64,000 nucleotides of DNA from an uncultured Gammaproteobacteria bacterium (GTDB taxonomy: Bacteria; Pseudomonadota; Gammaproteobacteria; JACCXJ01). The position numbers and the translations under genes are program-made. The stretch lies in contig CAVXTM010000004.1 of the NCBI GenBank assembly GCA_963764725.1, forward strand, positions 1 through 64,000, in the 5' to 3' direction. Shown one piece after another: positions 8,487-19,127 of the stretch. Below the pieces are notes generated by a model that saw only the letters and a list, made by a program, of their open reading frames with translations, made no database searches and was not told where the DNA came from. Position 1 is the first letter of the stretch. Every line of letters begins with the position of its first letter.

Positions 8487-8708
8487 CTAAGCGGGAGCCA
8501 GCGCACTCCGAGCAGCATGTTCGAGGACGGCGCGAACTTGTTCGAGCGAAACGCGGGGAAACCACTGCACGAACTGGGATAGCTGCGCGCCATCCTCTAG
8601 GTTCTCAAACAGCGCAGCAACGGGCACACGTGTGCCACGAAATACCCACGCGCCACTGACGCGCTGCGGATCCCGCTCAACGGCTGTACAGGTCAACCAA
8701 TTTATCAT
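8487..8708 (-). CDS. DUF433 antitoxin-like protein
   Basis: VERDPQRVSGAWVFRGTRVPVAALFENLEDG. Confidence 0.85.
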   Translation of the reverse strand: MINWLTCTAVERDPQRVSGAWVFRGTRVPVAALFENLEDGAQLSQFVQWFPRVSLEQVRAVLEHAARSALAPA

Positions 8709-8813
8709 AAAGGTAATATTAGCACTGACACCTTTTGGCAGCTATGGAGTTATACCCTGAGCTGACTGTACATTTTCACCATCCGCAAATGCTTCGCCAT
8801 CGGACACCTGCCG

Positions 8814-9066
8814 GTAGGGCGCACCACGTGAGCGTATTGCGCCGAATGGAAGACGGTGGGGAGTCAGATGCGCCTGGATGACCTGTGCCTATGTCGCCGA
8901 ACGGAGGCAGGTGCTGCATCGAAAGTGGCGTGGGCTAAATCGCCCCAATGCCTCAGCCGTCTTGCGCCGCTCGGCCGTGCATCTGGATGCGCCATGGACG
9001 GGGAGGATGGGCGGGTTCGCGGAATACGGTGATTTGGCGCAATACGCTAACGCTATTGCGCCCTAC
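8814..9066. repeat. inverted pair of GTAG-type REP sequences (REPIN-like)
   Basis: gtagggcgcaccacgtgagcgtattgcgcc (8814-8843) vs reverse complement gtagggcgcaatagcgttagcgtattgcgcc (9036-9066). Confidence 0.75.
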
Positions 9067-9116
9067 GAAATGGTGCACGAGATGCTGGGCTAACCACGAC
9101 CTTTCATGGTGGGCGG

Positions 9117-9497
9117 TCAAGCTGCCCGGTGATCGACTGTGCGATAGGGTTGGATAAGAGCGTCGGTGGGGATCTCCAGTCCCACGGTGAGGCGGCGGAT
9201 CATGCGCAAGGTCAGCGGGCGGCGCCTTGCCATCACCTCGGAGACCCGCGCCCGGCTGCCGATGAACGGCTCTAGATCTTTCCGGGTGAGCCCGCGGCTT
9301 TCCATGCAGTGCTCGATGGCCGCGATCGGATCGGGCGGCGGGATAGGATAGTGCTCCCGCTCGAACGCTTCGACGAGGATGCAGAGGAGCTCCAAGCGGT
9401 CGCTCTCGGGCGTCTCGGGCTTGGCCTCCCACAACCGCTCGATCGCGCGCAGCGCTCGCTTGTAGTCGCCTTCGGACTTGATCGGTTTGATGTCCAT
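9117..9497 (-). CDS. higA: HigA-type HTH antitoxin
   Basis: MDIKPIKSEGDY..AL..IE.LW...DPIAAIEH.MESRGLTRKDL..IGSRARVSEV. Confidence 0.85.
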   Translation of the reverse strand: MDIKPIKSEGDYKRALRAIERLWEAKPETPESDRLELLCILVEAFEREHYPIPPPDPIAAIEHCMESRGLTRKDLEPFIGSRARVSEVMARRRPLTLRMIRRLTVGLEIPTDALIQPYRTVDHRAA

Positions 9498-9683
9498 GGT
9501 ACCGATGGTCTCTGGCTTGATGCGGTCGTAAGCGGCGTGCGTGCCGATAAAGCGTACGAATCCGATGCCTTTGTCGTAGCGCATGGCCACTAGCAAGCGG
9601 TAAGCGTTTCCCTTGGTGTTGAACACCACGCGGTTATTGGCGATGAAGCTCGCGTTCCGATAGTCAGTAGGTGCCCACTGCAT
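9498..9683 (-). pseudogene. higB: HigB toxin, 5'-truncated
   Basis: NRVVFNTKGNAYRL...FVRFIGTHAAYDRI. N-terminus missing. Confidence 0.75.
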
Positions 9684-9735
9684 TGGGGTGTAAAACTGGT
9701 AAAGATGACTTGGGTAGCCAGCAGCGAGTGGCCAC

Positions 9736-11622
9736 CTAGTTCAGGGACGAAGGCTTCCCCGTCGAGAAGCCTTCATAAAGGACCGCAAGTTCCCGAACGA
9801 GGACTCCCATGGACCAGTCATCAGAGACAATGTGGTGCATAGCCAGCAACAGCACATGCTCCTCCTGGCCCAACCGCAATAAGACGGCGCGAAAGAGCGG
9901 CCCTTGGGCCAGGTCGAAGGGCCGTCTCGCCTCCTCGCCAGCCAGCCGTCGCGTCTCCGCTTCGCCTTCAGTCTTGGGCAGTCCACTCAGATCCACCACC
10001 GGCAGCGTCAAGGCCATCTTCAGAGCGATATCTTGAACCGCTTGTCCGTCCACGACCGAGACACTTGTCCGCAAGGCTTCGTGGCGCCGCACGATCTCGT
10101 TGAAGCTTTGTTCCAGTGCGGTCCCATTTAGTGGACCAACCAGTCGATAGGTCGCCGCAATCGTATAGGCCGGGTTGCCCGGCTCCGACTGGTGCCGGAA
10201 CCATAGCCGCTGCTGCGCAAAAGAAAGCGGCAATTGCTGACCGCGTGGACGCCGCTTGATCGGCGGAGCCCGCGTCTCCCCGTCGGCCCGAATCAAGGTC
10301 TTTTTCCGAAGCTGCAATACCAAGAGCGCTTGCTGCTGCGGAGTAAGATCAGCGACACTCTCGCGCACCTTGCCCGTGTCCGAGACTGTGGCGCGCCAAC
10401 CCCGGCCTGTCTGCCTCCCGCCCCATTGATTACCGCTCGCGCTGGATTCCGCCGCGAGGCGAAGAAGCAGATCTTCGAAGGGCACGACGCTCAAGCCGGA
10501 AACAAACTTCGAGGCGGCCTCGCGCGCGGCGGCTGACTGTCTTTCGTATAAGTCGCGATCTGCAAGCAAGCAGCTAAGCGACTCCTGCCACGGGCCGATG
10601 TCCTGCTTCGGAACGACCGGGGCCGGAAGCTGGTTTTCCTCCAGCCGGTCTGCAAAATCCTCGACCGGCTGGACGGGCAGTAAGTAATCCGTCCCCAACT
10701 TGGCCTCAATGAGCCCACCATAGTTACTCGCTAAGACAGGAATCCCGCGCAGCATGGCATCTACCACAGCCATCCCAAACCCCTCAATCCAGAGCGAGGG
10801 CATAAGGAGGACGCGGGTCTGACAGAAAATATCATCGAGATGCTGGCGATTCTTCCACAAGCTCACATTAGGGAGCGCACCGAGGGCGCGCCGCTCCGCA
10901 GCGGTCGTACCCCAGCCTGAGAGCGTCGCAAATTGCCTCTCGGGCAGCGCTCGGGCGAGCGCCAAGAAGATGGAGATCCCCTTCACGGCACAAGCATTCA
11001 TCATCAAGACAGAGCCATGATTGATGTGACCCAAATTGGGGAACGGCCCGGAACCGTAATGTGGCGGGTGGTGGACGAATGACTTGAAACCGGTCCATTC
11101 TTGGATGTAAGCGGCGACAAACTGGCTAATCGTGATAATGGCGGAGGCTCGCCCGACGAGTTCAGTCCTCCTCTTCCCGGGATATAAGCTGGCCGGCCCG
11201 AACGGGAACATCTGCGGCGTATGAGCGAGGTAGATGACTCGGGAAGGGCAGGCCTTTAACGCGGCCTCCAACAGGCTCTGCGACCGATCTTCAGATGAGA
11301 CCATGGTCCAATCTGGCCCAAACTCACGAATTTGCTTCACCAGGTAGGTACATAGCCGAGCCGGCTCGACCACTGCGTGGACCTCAACGCCATTCAAGTT
11401 AAAAACATCGATCTCGCCATCGGAGCTCACGCGAATCCCTTCGGCAGCTAACTCCTCAAGGAGCTGTGGGTGGCTTAATGAACTGGGGGTGGCGAGCGCG
11501 GGCACAACCAGACAAAGCGAGTGTTGCCTCGCAGCAAGCGCTTCGGCCAGGCTGCGATTGGATCGGTTGGCACCACCATAGACGCGGGTATATGGCAGAT
11601 TCATCGTCAACAGAATCTTCAT
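9736..11622 (-). CDS. GT4 glycosyltransferase fused to a truncated NRPS condensation domain
   Basis: GT-B motif LMPSLWIEGFGMAVVDAMLRGIPVLAS, then PLSFAQQRLWF...RHEALRT...MHHIVSDDWS. Ends mid C domain. Confidence 0.85.
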   Translation of the reverse strand: MKILLTMNLPYTRVYGGANRSNRSLAEALAARQHSLCLVVPALATPSSLSHPQLLEELAAEGIRVSSDGEIDVFNLNGVEVHAVVEPARLCTYLVKQIREFGPDWTMVSSEDRSQSLLEAALKACPSRVIYLAHTPQMFPFGPASLYPGKRRTELVGRASAIITISQFVAAYIQEWTGFKSFVHHPPHYGSGPFPNLGHINHGSVLMMNACAVKGISIFLALARALPERQFATLSGWGTTAAERRALGALPNVSLWKNRQHLDDIFCQTRVLLMPSLWIEGFGMAVVDAMLRGIPVLASNYGGLIEAKLGTDYLLPVQPVEDFADRLEENQLPAPVVPKQDIGPWQESLSCLLADRDLYERQSAAAREAASKFVSGLSVVPFEDLLLRLAAESSASGNQWGGRQTGRGWRATVSDTGKVRESVADLTPQQQALLVLQLRKKTLIRADGETRAPPIKRRPRGQQLPLSFAQQRLWFRHQSEPGNPAYTIAATYRLVGPLNGTALEQSFNEIVRRHEALRTSVSVVDGQAVQDIALKMALTLPVVDLSGLPKTEGEAETRRLAGEEARRPFDLAQGPLFRAVLLRLGQEEHVLLLAMHHIVSDDWSMGVLVRELAVLYEGFSTGKPSSLN

Positions 11623-11745
11623 CAGACCTCTCTGGACAGTGCTGAAAAGGGCTACTTTTAGGGAAGCTCTGCAAAAGTTACTGCGCAGTCCATCTGCTTT
11701 GTCGCGTACTCGCTCGTCGCTCGCCTACTGAGCTGTCGGGCCGAT

Positions 11746-12906
11746 TTAAAAATTCTTGCCATGTCGCTCGTGCAGTTCTTCCAGTATTTTAATGAGACAC
11801 TTCGCTGATTGTTCCCAGGTGAAATCCCTGGCAAGCCGCGCCCTCGCCGTCGGCAATCCCTCACCCGCCGTTCTAATGGCTTGACGTACAAACTCCGCCG
11901 CGACTTCTTCATCCGGCTCCCACCAATCAGACCCTCTAAAGAGCTTCCCTAAGCCCTTGCCCCCATTAAAATCTGCTGGAATCCTTTGAGAGGGAATCAT
12001 TTGAGCCACAGACTCATCCAGATAAGCGGTATACGCAGTGTGTTCGGGAGCGATGAGATGTAAACCCGCGGCCCCCGCCTCCATCATGGGAAAGTCCCAA
12101 CCTTCTCCATATGACATGCTCCAGTAATGTGTTGCTGCCGCATAGAGACTGGGCATTTGAGACTCAGTCAAAACTTGGTCATAAAAAACTACAGGGGCAG
12201 CTTTCCTTCTCGACTTCCCGATCTCTCTCTCGATTGCGGCGAGGGTTCGCTTGAATCGATCAGGCCACCACCAGCGATATCTATAACCACTCAATTTCAA
12301 GATCAGAATTGTGTCATCATTCGCACTGGTTGTTTTTATCCAGACCCGCAGCAGCCCCCAGATATTTTTTCTGGGCGCGGAAATAAAATCAGATACATTT
12401 AGAAATCTTGTCTTGTATTCGAGAACGCTGCGCTCCCTTCGGCACGCGAGCTTTAATGGCTCGACGCCCGGATGAAACCGATCCGAGTCAACCCCATGTG
12501 GACAGAGCCTGAGATGCTCTTCTGGAATTCCGCTTGCCATCCAAGCTCGCTTAGATGAATCGGTGGGCAGCACGACTAGATCCTGGCTCGAGCTGAGCTT
12601 TGCCCAGGTTTCGGGAATTCGCGTCGTTTCGAAGGTTGTGGAATTGACGTTGAGCATCCCTTCAACAATCCTCGCCTGATTCGGCAAACAAATATGCAGG
12701 ATAGCGCGAGAGCTGACCGGGCGGTCTAATGTATCGAACCAGGGGTCACGCTTCTCTTCGGGTAATGCGCCGACACTACCTGTGGGAAGATCTACGAGCT
12801 GCACACGAATTCCCAGTTTGTCCAACGCGCGTACGATTTCTCTGATATGGCCCCCATACCCAGAGGGGCGTCTATAGTGTCCAGAGATGATCAGCGATCT
12901 ACCCAT
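11746..12906 (-). CDS. GT4-like glycosyltransferase
   Basis: SGYGGH, PHGVD, RKN, SYGEGWDFPMMEA, FTWEQSA. Confidence 0.8.
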   Translation of the reverse strand: MGRSLIISGHYRRPSGYGGHIREIVRALDKLGIRVQLVDLPTGSVGALPEEKRDPWFDTLDRPVSSRAILHICLPNQARIVEGMLNVNSTTFETTRIPETWAKLSSSQDLVVLPTDSSKRAWMASGIPEEHLRLCPHGVDSDRFHPGVEPLKLACRRERSVLEYKTRFLNVSDFISAPRKNIWGLLRVWIKTTSANDDTILILKLSGYRYRWWWPDRFKRTLAAIEREIGKSRRKAAPVVFYDQVLTESQMPSLYAAATHYWSMSYGEGWDFPMMEAGAAGLHLIAPEHTAYTAYLDESVAQMIPSQRIPADFNGGKGLGKLFRGSDWWEPDEEVAAEFVRQAIRTAGEGLPTARARLARDFTWEQSAKCLIKILEELHERHGKNF

Positions 12907-12987
12907 CGGCGGTCATCGAGTTGTGAGACGTCCCATCCTGAGCAAATTTTCCGCGGTAAAGTGCCAACACAATATAGTCGAAGAGAG

Positions 12988-15900
12988 TCACTGTTCGCCT
13001 TCCGATACACTTAACCCGCGCTCCGCTTCAAGTAACGCTGTTACTTCATCTGGCGAGAGTTGTTTCAATTCCTCCAGTATTCGAGCCACTTCAGCCGGGT
13101 CTTCCTGATCGACCTGCGCCGCGGCGATCGCCGCACTGAGGTCGGTGATCGTCGGCGCATCGAAGAGGATCCGGAGCGGCAGTTGCACGTGAAAGGCTTG
13201 CTGGATCCGAAAGGCAAGCAGGGTGAGTAAAAGGGAGTGCCCACCCAACTCGAAAAAGTTGTCGCGGATCCCGATCCCCTCGAGGCCGAGTAACCCGCGC
13301 CAGATCTCGGCAAGCTCTTCCTCGACCGGGGTGCGGGGCGCGACAAAGGGGCTCTCTAAATCGGGCCTAGCCTGTTCGGGCGCCGGCAGCGCCCGCCGAT
13401 CCACCTTCCCACTCGGTGTCAGCGGCAGCGCCTCGAGTACGACGAAGCTCGCGGGCACCATATACTCGGGTAGCTTTTCCTTGAGGAAGCTCCGCATCTC
13501 ATTGGTTGCAGGGGCTGTCTCCGGCGTGACAACCACGTAAGCCACCAGACGCTGGTCGCCGGACCCTTCCTGACGGGCCGCCACTACCTCGCGTATCCCC
13601 GGATGCTGGCTGAGCACCGCCTCGATCTCGCCCAACTCGATGCGGTAACCACGAATCTTCACTTGATGGTCGCTGCGACCCAGGTAGACGAGCTCACCAT
13701 GGGATAAGTAACGGGCCAGATCACCGGTCTTGTACAGCCGAGCCCCGAACTCCTGGCTGAAGGGATTCGGAATGAACCTTTCAGCGCTGAGTTCTGGGCG
13801 GTTCAAATAGCCCCGGCTTAGCCCCTGCCCAGCCACATAGATTTCACCCGGCACCCCGATCGGGACTGGTTGCAGGTGCTCGTCCAGCAGATAAAGCTGC
13901 AAATCAGGGAGCGGCCGGCCAATGGGACTTCCTTTTTCCTGGCTCAGGTCGGCCAGCTTCAGTGGGCGAGAGGTGACATGGACGGTAGTTTCAGTGATCC
14001 CGTACATGTTGACTAACCGAGGTCGCTCATCGCCGTGGCGCTCAAACCAGGGCCGGAGCCGGTTGACTTCAATCGCCTCGCCGCCGAAGATGACGAGGCG
14101 CAGCGCCAGTTCTCCGACGCGATCCGGCCCGCTTTCCTCCTCGACCCGCATCAGTTGGTAGAAGGCTGAGGGGGTCTGATTGAGGACCGTCACCTGCTCC
14201 TGGCACAACAGTTCATAGAAGGAGTCAGGCGAGCGAGTCATCCAGCCGGGCACCACCACCAACCGCCCGCCGTAGATCAGCGCCCCCCACATCTCCCAGA
14301 CCGAGAAGTCGAAGGAGTAGGAGTGAAAGAGGGTCCACACATCTTCCTGGTCGAAATGAAACCAGGGGTCAGTGGCCGCGAACAGACGCGTGACATTGTG
14401 GTGGCTGACTAAGACTCCCTTCGGGCTCCCCGTCGAGCCGGAGGTATAGATGACATAGGCGAGGTTTCCAGCCGTCGCACCGCTGGCAGGATTTTCCTCA
14501 CTCTGGTTGTCCGTGATTTCCCGGTCTGCGTCCAGACAAACGGTCTTTGCCCGGTGCTGGGGAAGAGAGCAAACCAAGCGCTCCTGGGTTAACAGCACAG
14601 GCGCTTGGGTATCTTCTAACATGAAGGCCAGCCGATCTTTTGGATAGTCCGGATCCAGCGGCACGTAGGCTCCCCCGGCCTTGAGGATACCCAGCAGCCC
14701 GACCACCAGCTCCAACGAGCGCTCCAGGCAAATCCCCACCAGCACCTCGGGACCTACTCCCAGCTTCTGCAGGTGATGCGCCAGTTGATTGGCCCGGCGG
14801 TTTAGGTCCCCATAGGCCAGCCGCTCTCCCTCGAACTCGACTGCCACCCTCTCAGGCGTCCGTTCGACCTGTGTTTCGAACAGTTCGTGGATGCACTGGT
14901 CCGTCGAGTAATCCGCCTTGGTCTGGTTCCACTCCACAAGCAATCGATGCCGTTCGGCGGCACTCAAGAGCGGTAAGTCAGAGATGCGCTGCTCGGGATT
15001 TGCGGTGATGCCTTCCAGCAGAGTCTGGAAATGTATCAGCATTCGCGTCATCGTCCCTGCATCGAACAGATCCAAGTTGTACGTGAACAGACAACACAGC
15101 CCTTCCGGTTTCTCGACCACGTCGAGGAACAAATCTACTATGGCCACGCCGTTGTCGGTCTCGACATCTTCAATCCTCAGGCCCTGCACCTCGATGGCAT
15201 GTTTGGGGATATTTCTGAAGTTGAGCATCACCTGAAAGAACGGCGTCTGACTCAGATTCCGCGCTGGCTGGAGCTCTTCCACCAGCTTCTCGAACGGCAG
15301 GTCCTGGTGGGCATAAGCGCTTAAGGCCGTCTGGCGCACCCGGTCCAGCAGCTCCTGGAACGTGGGATCGCCCGACAGATCGGTGCGCAGCACCAGCGTA
15401 TTGATGAAGCACCCGATCAACTCCTCCGTCTCCACTCGCAGGCGACCGTTGGTGGGCGCGCCCACCACGATGTCCTCCTGCCCCGTATAGCGAGAGAGCA
15501 GCGTCTGGAAACCCGCTAGCAGCGTCATAAATAGGGTGACGCCCTCCTCACGGCTCAGCGCCTTGAGTCTCTCGGTCAGGCCTTTGGAGAGGACGAGCGA
15601 TTGCCCTGCGCCCCGATAGGTGCGGCTGGCCGGTCGCGGATGATCAGTGGGCAGCCCCAGCGCCGAGAGGGCGCCGGCCAACTGTTGCTTCCAGTAAGCG
15701 AGCTGCCGCTCGAGGAGCTTGCCCTGGAACCACTGCCGCTGCCAGGCCGCGAAGTCGCCGTACTGGATGGATAATTCTGGGAGGGAAGAGGCGCGCCCAG
15801 TAGTGAAAGCGTCGTAGAGCGTGCCGAGCTCTCGCAGGAGCACGCCCATCGACCAGCCGTCGAAGACGATATGGTGGATCGTCAGCAGCAGCACATGCTC

Positions 15901-16413
15901 CTGTTCGCCCAATCGCAGCAGGAGGGCCCGCAAGTGCGGTCCCTGGGCCAAATCAAAGGGTCGCCGGGCCTCTTCGTTCACCAACTGCCACGCCTGTGCC
16001 GTCCGCTCAGACTCCGGTAGATGTTGAAGGTCCACTACGGGAAAGCTGAGCGGGCGCGCCGGGGCAATCACCTGGCACGGGCTGCCATCGACCGAGACGA
16101 AGGTGGTGCGCAACACCTCGTGGCGGCGGATAATTTCAGTCAGACTTCGCTCCAGCGCCTCCACGTCGAGAGCACCTGTCAGGCGAATATGCGAGGGGCG
16201 GTTGTAGACAGAGCTGCCGGGCTCCAACTGGTCGAAGAACCACAGTCGCTGTTGGGCGAAGGAGAGAGGAATACGGCTCTGCTCTGGCCGCCGCGCAATT
16301 CCCTTCGGCCTCCCATCGCCCAGGTTTTTCTGCCGCAGCCGCTTCTCCCAGAGCGCCTGCTTTGCGCTTGAGAGCCTGGACCCGTGCTGTGAGCTCTCGT
16401 CGTTTCTCGACAT
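12988..16413 (-). CDS. single-module NRPS (C-A-PCP), predicted Thr-activating
   Basis: HHIVFDG, YTSGSTGSPKG, YKTGDL, FFELGGHSL. Signature segments DFSVW/LNQT/IFGGE/NMYGITETTVH match the DFWNIGMVHK Thr code. Confidence 0.92.
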   Translation of the reverse strand: MSRNDESSQHGSRLSSAKQALWEKRLRQKNLGDGRPKGIARRPEQSRIPLSFAQQRLWFFDQLEPGSSVYNRPSHIRLTGALDVEALERSLTEIIRRHEVLRTTFVSVDGSPCQVIAPARPLSFPVVDLQHLPESERTAQAWQLVNEEARRPFDLAQGPHLRALLLRLGEQEHVLLLTIHHIVFDGWSMGVLLRELGTLYDAFTTGRASSLPELSIQYGDFAAWQRQWFQGKLLERQLAYWKQQLAGALSALGLPTDHPRPASRTYRGAGQSLVLSKGLTERLKALSREEGVTLFMTLLAGFQTLLSRYTGQEDIVVGAPTNGRLRVETEELIGCFINTLVLRTDLSGDPTFQELLDRVRQTALSAYAHQDLPFEKLVEELQPARNLSQTPFFQVMLNFRNIPKHAIEVQGLRIEDVETDNGVAIVDLFLDVVEKPEGLCCLFTYNLDLFDAGTMTRMLIHFQTLLEGITANPEQRISDLPLLSAAERHRLLVEWNQTKADYSTDQCIHELFETQVERTPERVAVEFEGERLAYGDLNRRANQLAHHLQKLGVGPEVLVGICLERSLELVVGLLGILKAGGAYVPLDPDYPKDRLAFMLEDTQAPVLLTQERLVCSLPQHRAKTVCLDADREITDNQSEENPASGATAGNLAYVIYTSGSTGSPKGVLVSHHNVTRLFAATDPWFHFDQEDVWTLFHSYSFDFSVWEMWGALIYGGRLVVVPGWMTRSPDSFYELLCQEQVTVLNQTPSAFYQLMRVEEESGPDRVGELALRLVIFGGEAIEVNRLRPWFERHGDERPRLVNMYGITETTVHVTSRPLKLADLSQEKGSPIGRPLPDLQLYLLDEHLQPVPIGVPGEIYVAGQGLSRGYLNRPELSAERFIPNPFSQEFGARLYKTGDLARYLSHGELVYLGRSDHQVKIRGYRIELGEIEAVLSQHPGIREVVAARQEGSGDQRLVAYVVVTPETAPATNEMRSFLKEKLPEYMVPASFVVLEALPLTPSGKVDRRALPAPEQARPDLESPFVAPRTPVEEELAEIWRGLLGLEGIGIRDNFFELGGHSLLLTLLAFRIQQAFHVQLPLRILFDAPTITDLSAAIAAAQVDQEDPAEVARILEELKQLSPDEVTALLEAERGLSVSEGEQ

Positions 16414-16551
16414 ACTTGCTACCCCATTAAAAATTCAATAACCGGTTCTCAAAAACCAAAGATGCTCTTAAACAGAGGCATTCCGCGGAGGTACCTCGCT
16501 CCATGCCAGGCTCGCTCGAAGACCGAGAGATTGAACTTTTCGTGTAAGGCA

Positions 16552-16770
16552 CAACATCCTGGCGAACATCTCGCCGAACAGCTTGAAGAGCTGCAGATGA
16601 GCACGGCTGTATTAAGCCGCCAGCTCAAGGTCCCGACGAATCGTATTACCGAGATCCTGAATGGCCAGAGGTCCATAACAGGCGATACTGCCCTGCGGCT
16701 CGGCCATTTCTTTGCGACCAGCGCCGAGCTCTGGATGAACTTACAGAAGCTCTACGAGCTGCGCCTGCAG
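16552..16770 (+). pseudogene. HigA/VapI-type antitoxin remnant
   Basis: HPGEHLAEQL...NRITEILNGQRSITGDTALRLGHFF.TSAELWMNLQ. Confidence 0.8.
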
Positions 16771-16862
16771 ATCAGAAGGGCGGCGACAGGATCTGTAATC
16801 CGCTTGCGATCAGAGGTCGAGATCACGCTGATATGCCGCAAAGGCACAACAGGAGCGCCCGA

Positions 16863-17225
16863 TCAGACCTTTCGACGCGCGCCGACGAACGATTTGACGG
16901 CAAGCACGACAAACAGAAGGCAAACCGCGGCCATTGAAATCTGCGCGATCTCGGCGCCCGAAAACGTCAGTTCGCCAAGACGCGGTATCAGACGACCGGC
17001 CGTCGCGATAAATCCGAGCAGGGCTACAACGACAGCCGCGTGCATCAAGTGTTTTCGCAGATTTTCTTTCCGTTGCGCGATAACCCCCAACAGAAGCAGG
17101 AGCGCACCGAAGATAGCCGGAATAAGCGCCGTATAGCTTGCTCTGTCGGACATCACCCCATTCACGTACCCTAAGATTCCGATCAGAATTAGCAAAACCC
17201 CGCAGCGAATCGATAAAGAAGGCAT
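16863..17225 (-). CDS. small 4-TM membrane protein
   Basis: Hydrophobic helices, TALIPA, RKHLMHAAVV. Confidence 0.7.
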   Translation of the reverse strand: MPSLSIRCGVLLILIGILGYVNGVMSDRASYTALIPAIFGALLLLLGVIAQRKENLRKHLMHAAVVVALLGFIATAGRLIPRLGELTFSGAEIAQISMAAVCLLFVVLAVKSFVGARRKV

Positions 17226-17639
17226 CTGGTTTCTTCCAAAAAAATGGATTTACAGCCTAAACCTACCAGAGTTTGCCGCGAATGACGAACCCGAAGCGAT
17301 ACAAGTGCAAGGCATCGCATCCGATCGCCAAATCCGCAGTCGGGCCGAACTATTTCTTCTACGCCCAGAAACATGCCACTTCGGGCCGATGAAGGGCCCG
17401 AAACTCCCCGCTTCTGGGCCGAGACTAGCGTGATTGACAGTTTCCAGGTCGATTAGTACTGTTGCGTTCGACGAAAAATGGCGTTTAAACGTACTATTTT
17501 CGAACGGAATCAACTTGTGCAGAGTTTACCGAAGTAACGGGCCGGGACAGGACTCACCGCCCGCTGGGCGGTGCAGGCGATCATCTACCACAACATCCTT
17601 GGGTATCAATGCCAGACATCGGCAAAGGCCGGGCCTACA

Positions 17640-18070
17640 CTTGACGTCAAGCAACTGGATCCCCAACACTGCTATGAAGCGCTCCGGGCACGCGATGCGC
17701 GCTTCGACGGAGCCTTTTTCGTGGCGGGTTCATCCACCGGTATCTACTGCCGGCCGGCTTGTACCGCGCGCCTGCCGCGCCGGGATCCTTGTTCCTTTTA
17801 CAGCAGCGCCGCCTCCGCGGAAGGTGCAGGCTATCGCCCTTGTCTGCGCTGCCGCCCAGAGCTCGCGGCAACGCGGCGCGTGATCGAGCAGGAATCCGGT
17901 ATCGGAGATTGACGGCGAGCTACATCGCGATGCGCGATCCCGATGCGTTGCGGCAGGGCGATCTGGGCTTGATGAAGGCGCTGAAGCTCACCAAGCCGAA
18001 ACAACTCCTCGCGTCGCCGAAGCCTGGCGGCCCTGGCGCGCCTATGCCGCTCTGCACTTGTGGAACCACT
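17640..18070 (+). pseudogene. Ada-AlkA with large internal deletion
   Basis: Ada Zn site ([16 protein letters not shown]...[10 protein letters not shown]) joined to the AlkA end ([29 protein letters not shown]). Confidence 0.75.
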
Positions 18071-18088
18071 CGAATGCCGGAGGATGAA

Positions 18089-18583
18089 ATGAAGACTTTT
18101 TTCAGCCTGCTGCCGAGCCCCATCGGTGAGCTCCTGCTGACCTCGGACGGCGTGGCCGTGACCCGGCTCTACATGGATGCCGAACGGCAATCGTCACGGC
18201 CGCAGGAAGGTTGGGTGCGCGACGACGCCCGGTTCAAATCCGCCCGCCAGCAATTGGCAGCCTACTTCGCCGGTGAGCTGACCGGGTTTGACCTCCCCCT
18301 CGTCGCCGAGGGCACGGCCTTTCAGAAACAGGTCTGGAAAGCGCTCTGCGACATTCCCTACGGCGAGACCATCAGTTACGGTGAGCAGGCAAGGCGCATC
18401 GGACAACCCAATGGCGCGCGGGCCGTGGGAACCGCGAACGGCCAGAACCCGATTTCCATCATCGTTCCCTGTCATCGCGTGATTGGTGCGAACGGTACCT
18501 TGACCGGTTACGGCGGCGGCCTGCCCCGCAAGAAATGGCTGCTGGAACATGAGGCGGCGCATCGTAAATTTGCATTGAGCTGA
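18089..18583 (+). CDS. ogt: methylated-DNA--protein-cysteine methyltransferase
   Basis: [34 protein letters not shown]. Confidence 0.92.
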   Translation: MKTFFSLLPSPIGELLLTSDGVAVTRLYMDAERQSSRPQEGWVRDDARFKSARQQLAAYFAGELTGFDLPLVAEGTAFQKQVWKALCDIPYGETISYGEQARRIGQPNGARAVGTANGQNPISIIVPCHRVIGANGTLTGYGGGLPRKKWLLEHEAAHRKFALS

Positions 18584-19127
18584 GTTTGCGGCGACCCGCA
18601 GTGCTGAAACCTGCGTTCCGGAGGTCGGCCCGCGAAGGCTTCTGAGGGCAACAGAACTGTTTATATTACGGCTTGTTATTTGCGGTCCACCCTTCGACTA
18701 ATGCCGTTAATATGTCGAACTGCAGCCTACTCGAACCTTCGCCCCGACCTGGTTGTTTGCGTCGTCCGATCCACAGATGGGTCGAGCCACCAATCCAGCG
18801 GGCATATTGATACGAGCGGGTCATGCGCGCGCCTTCACGAGGCTTCCTGATGGGTCACCTCCTGGCTTCCCATGCAACCGGACAGATCATGTGCTACAAA
18901 CCCGGACATTATTTGCTCCCAACATACGCTTGACGATTGGAACGTAGTCCGGATATCATCTAGACAGCTGTTGTTCCGTGTGGCTCCAGGCGCTGGCGCG
19001 GCATCGAGTCGCCGCAGCTCGCCCGACGATGGAAGGCCACCGAAGGTTCTGATATCCATCGAAGCCGAAGCCTGACATGCTACTCGCCAACAGGCATCCG
19101 GCCCTTAGGCCCGGAAAGGAGAGCCCC

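Noticed and set aside
9117-9683. Natural HigB-HigA fusion
   Set aside because: HigB lacks its N-terminus. More likely a truncated toxin left in frame with higA.
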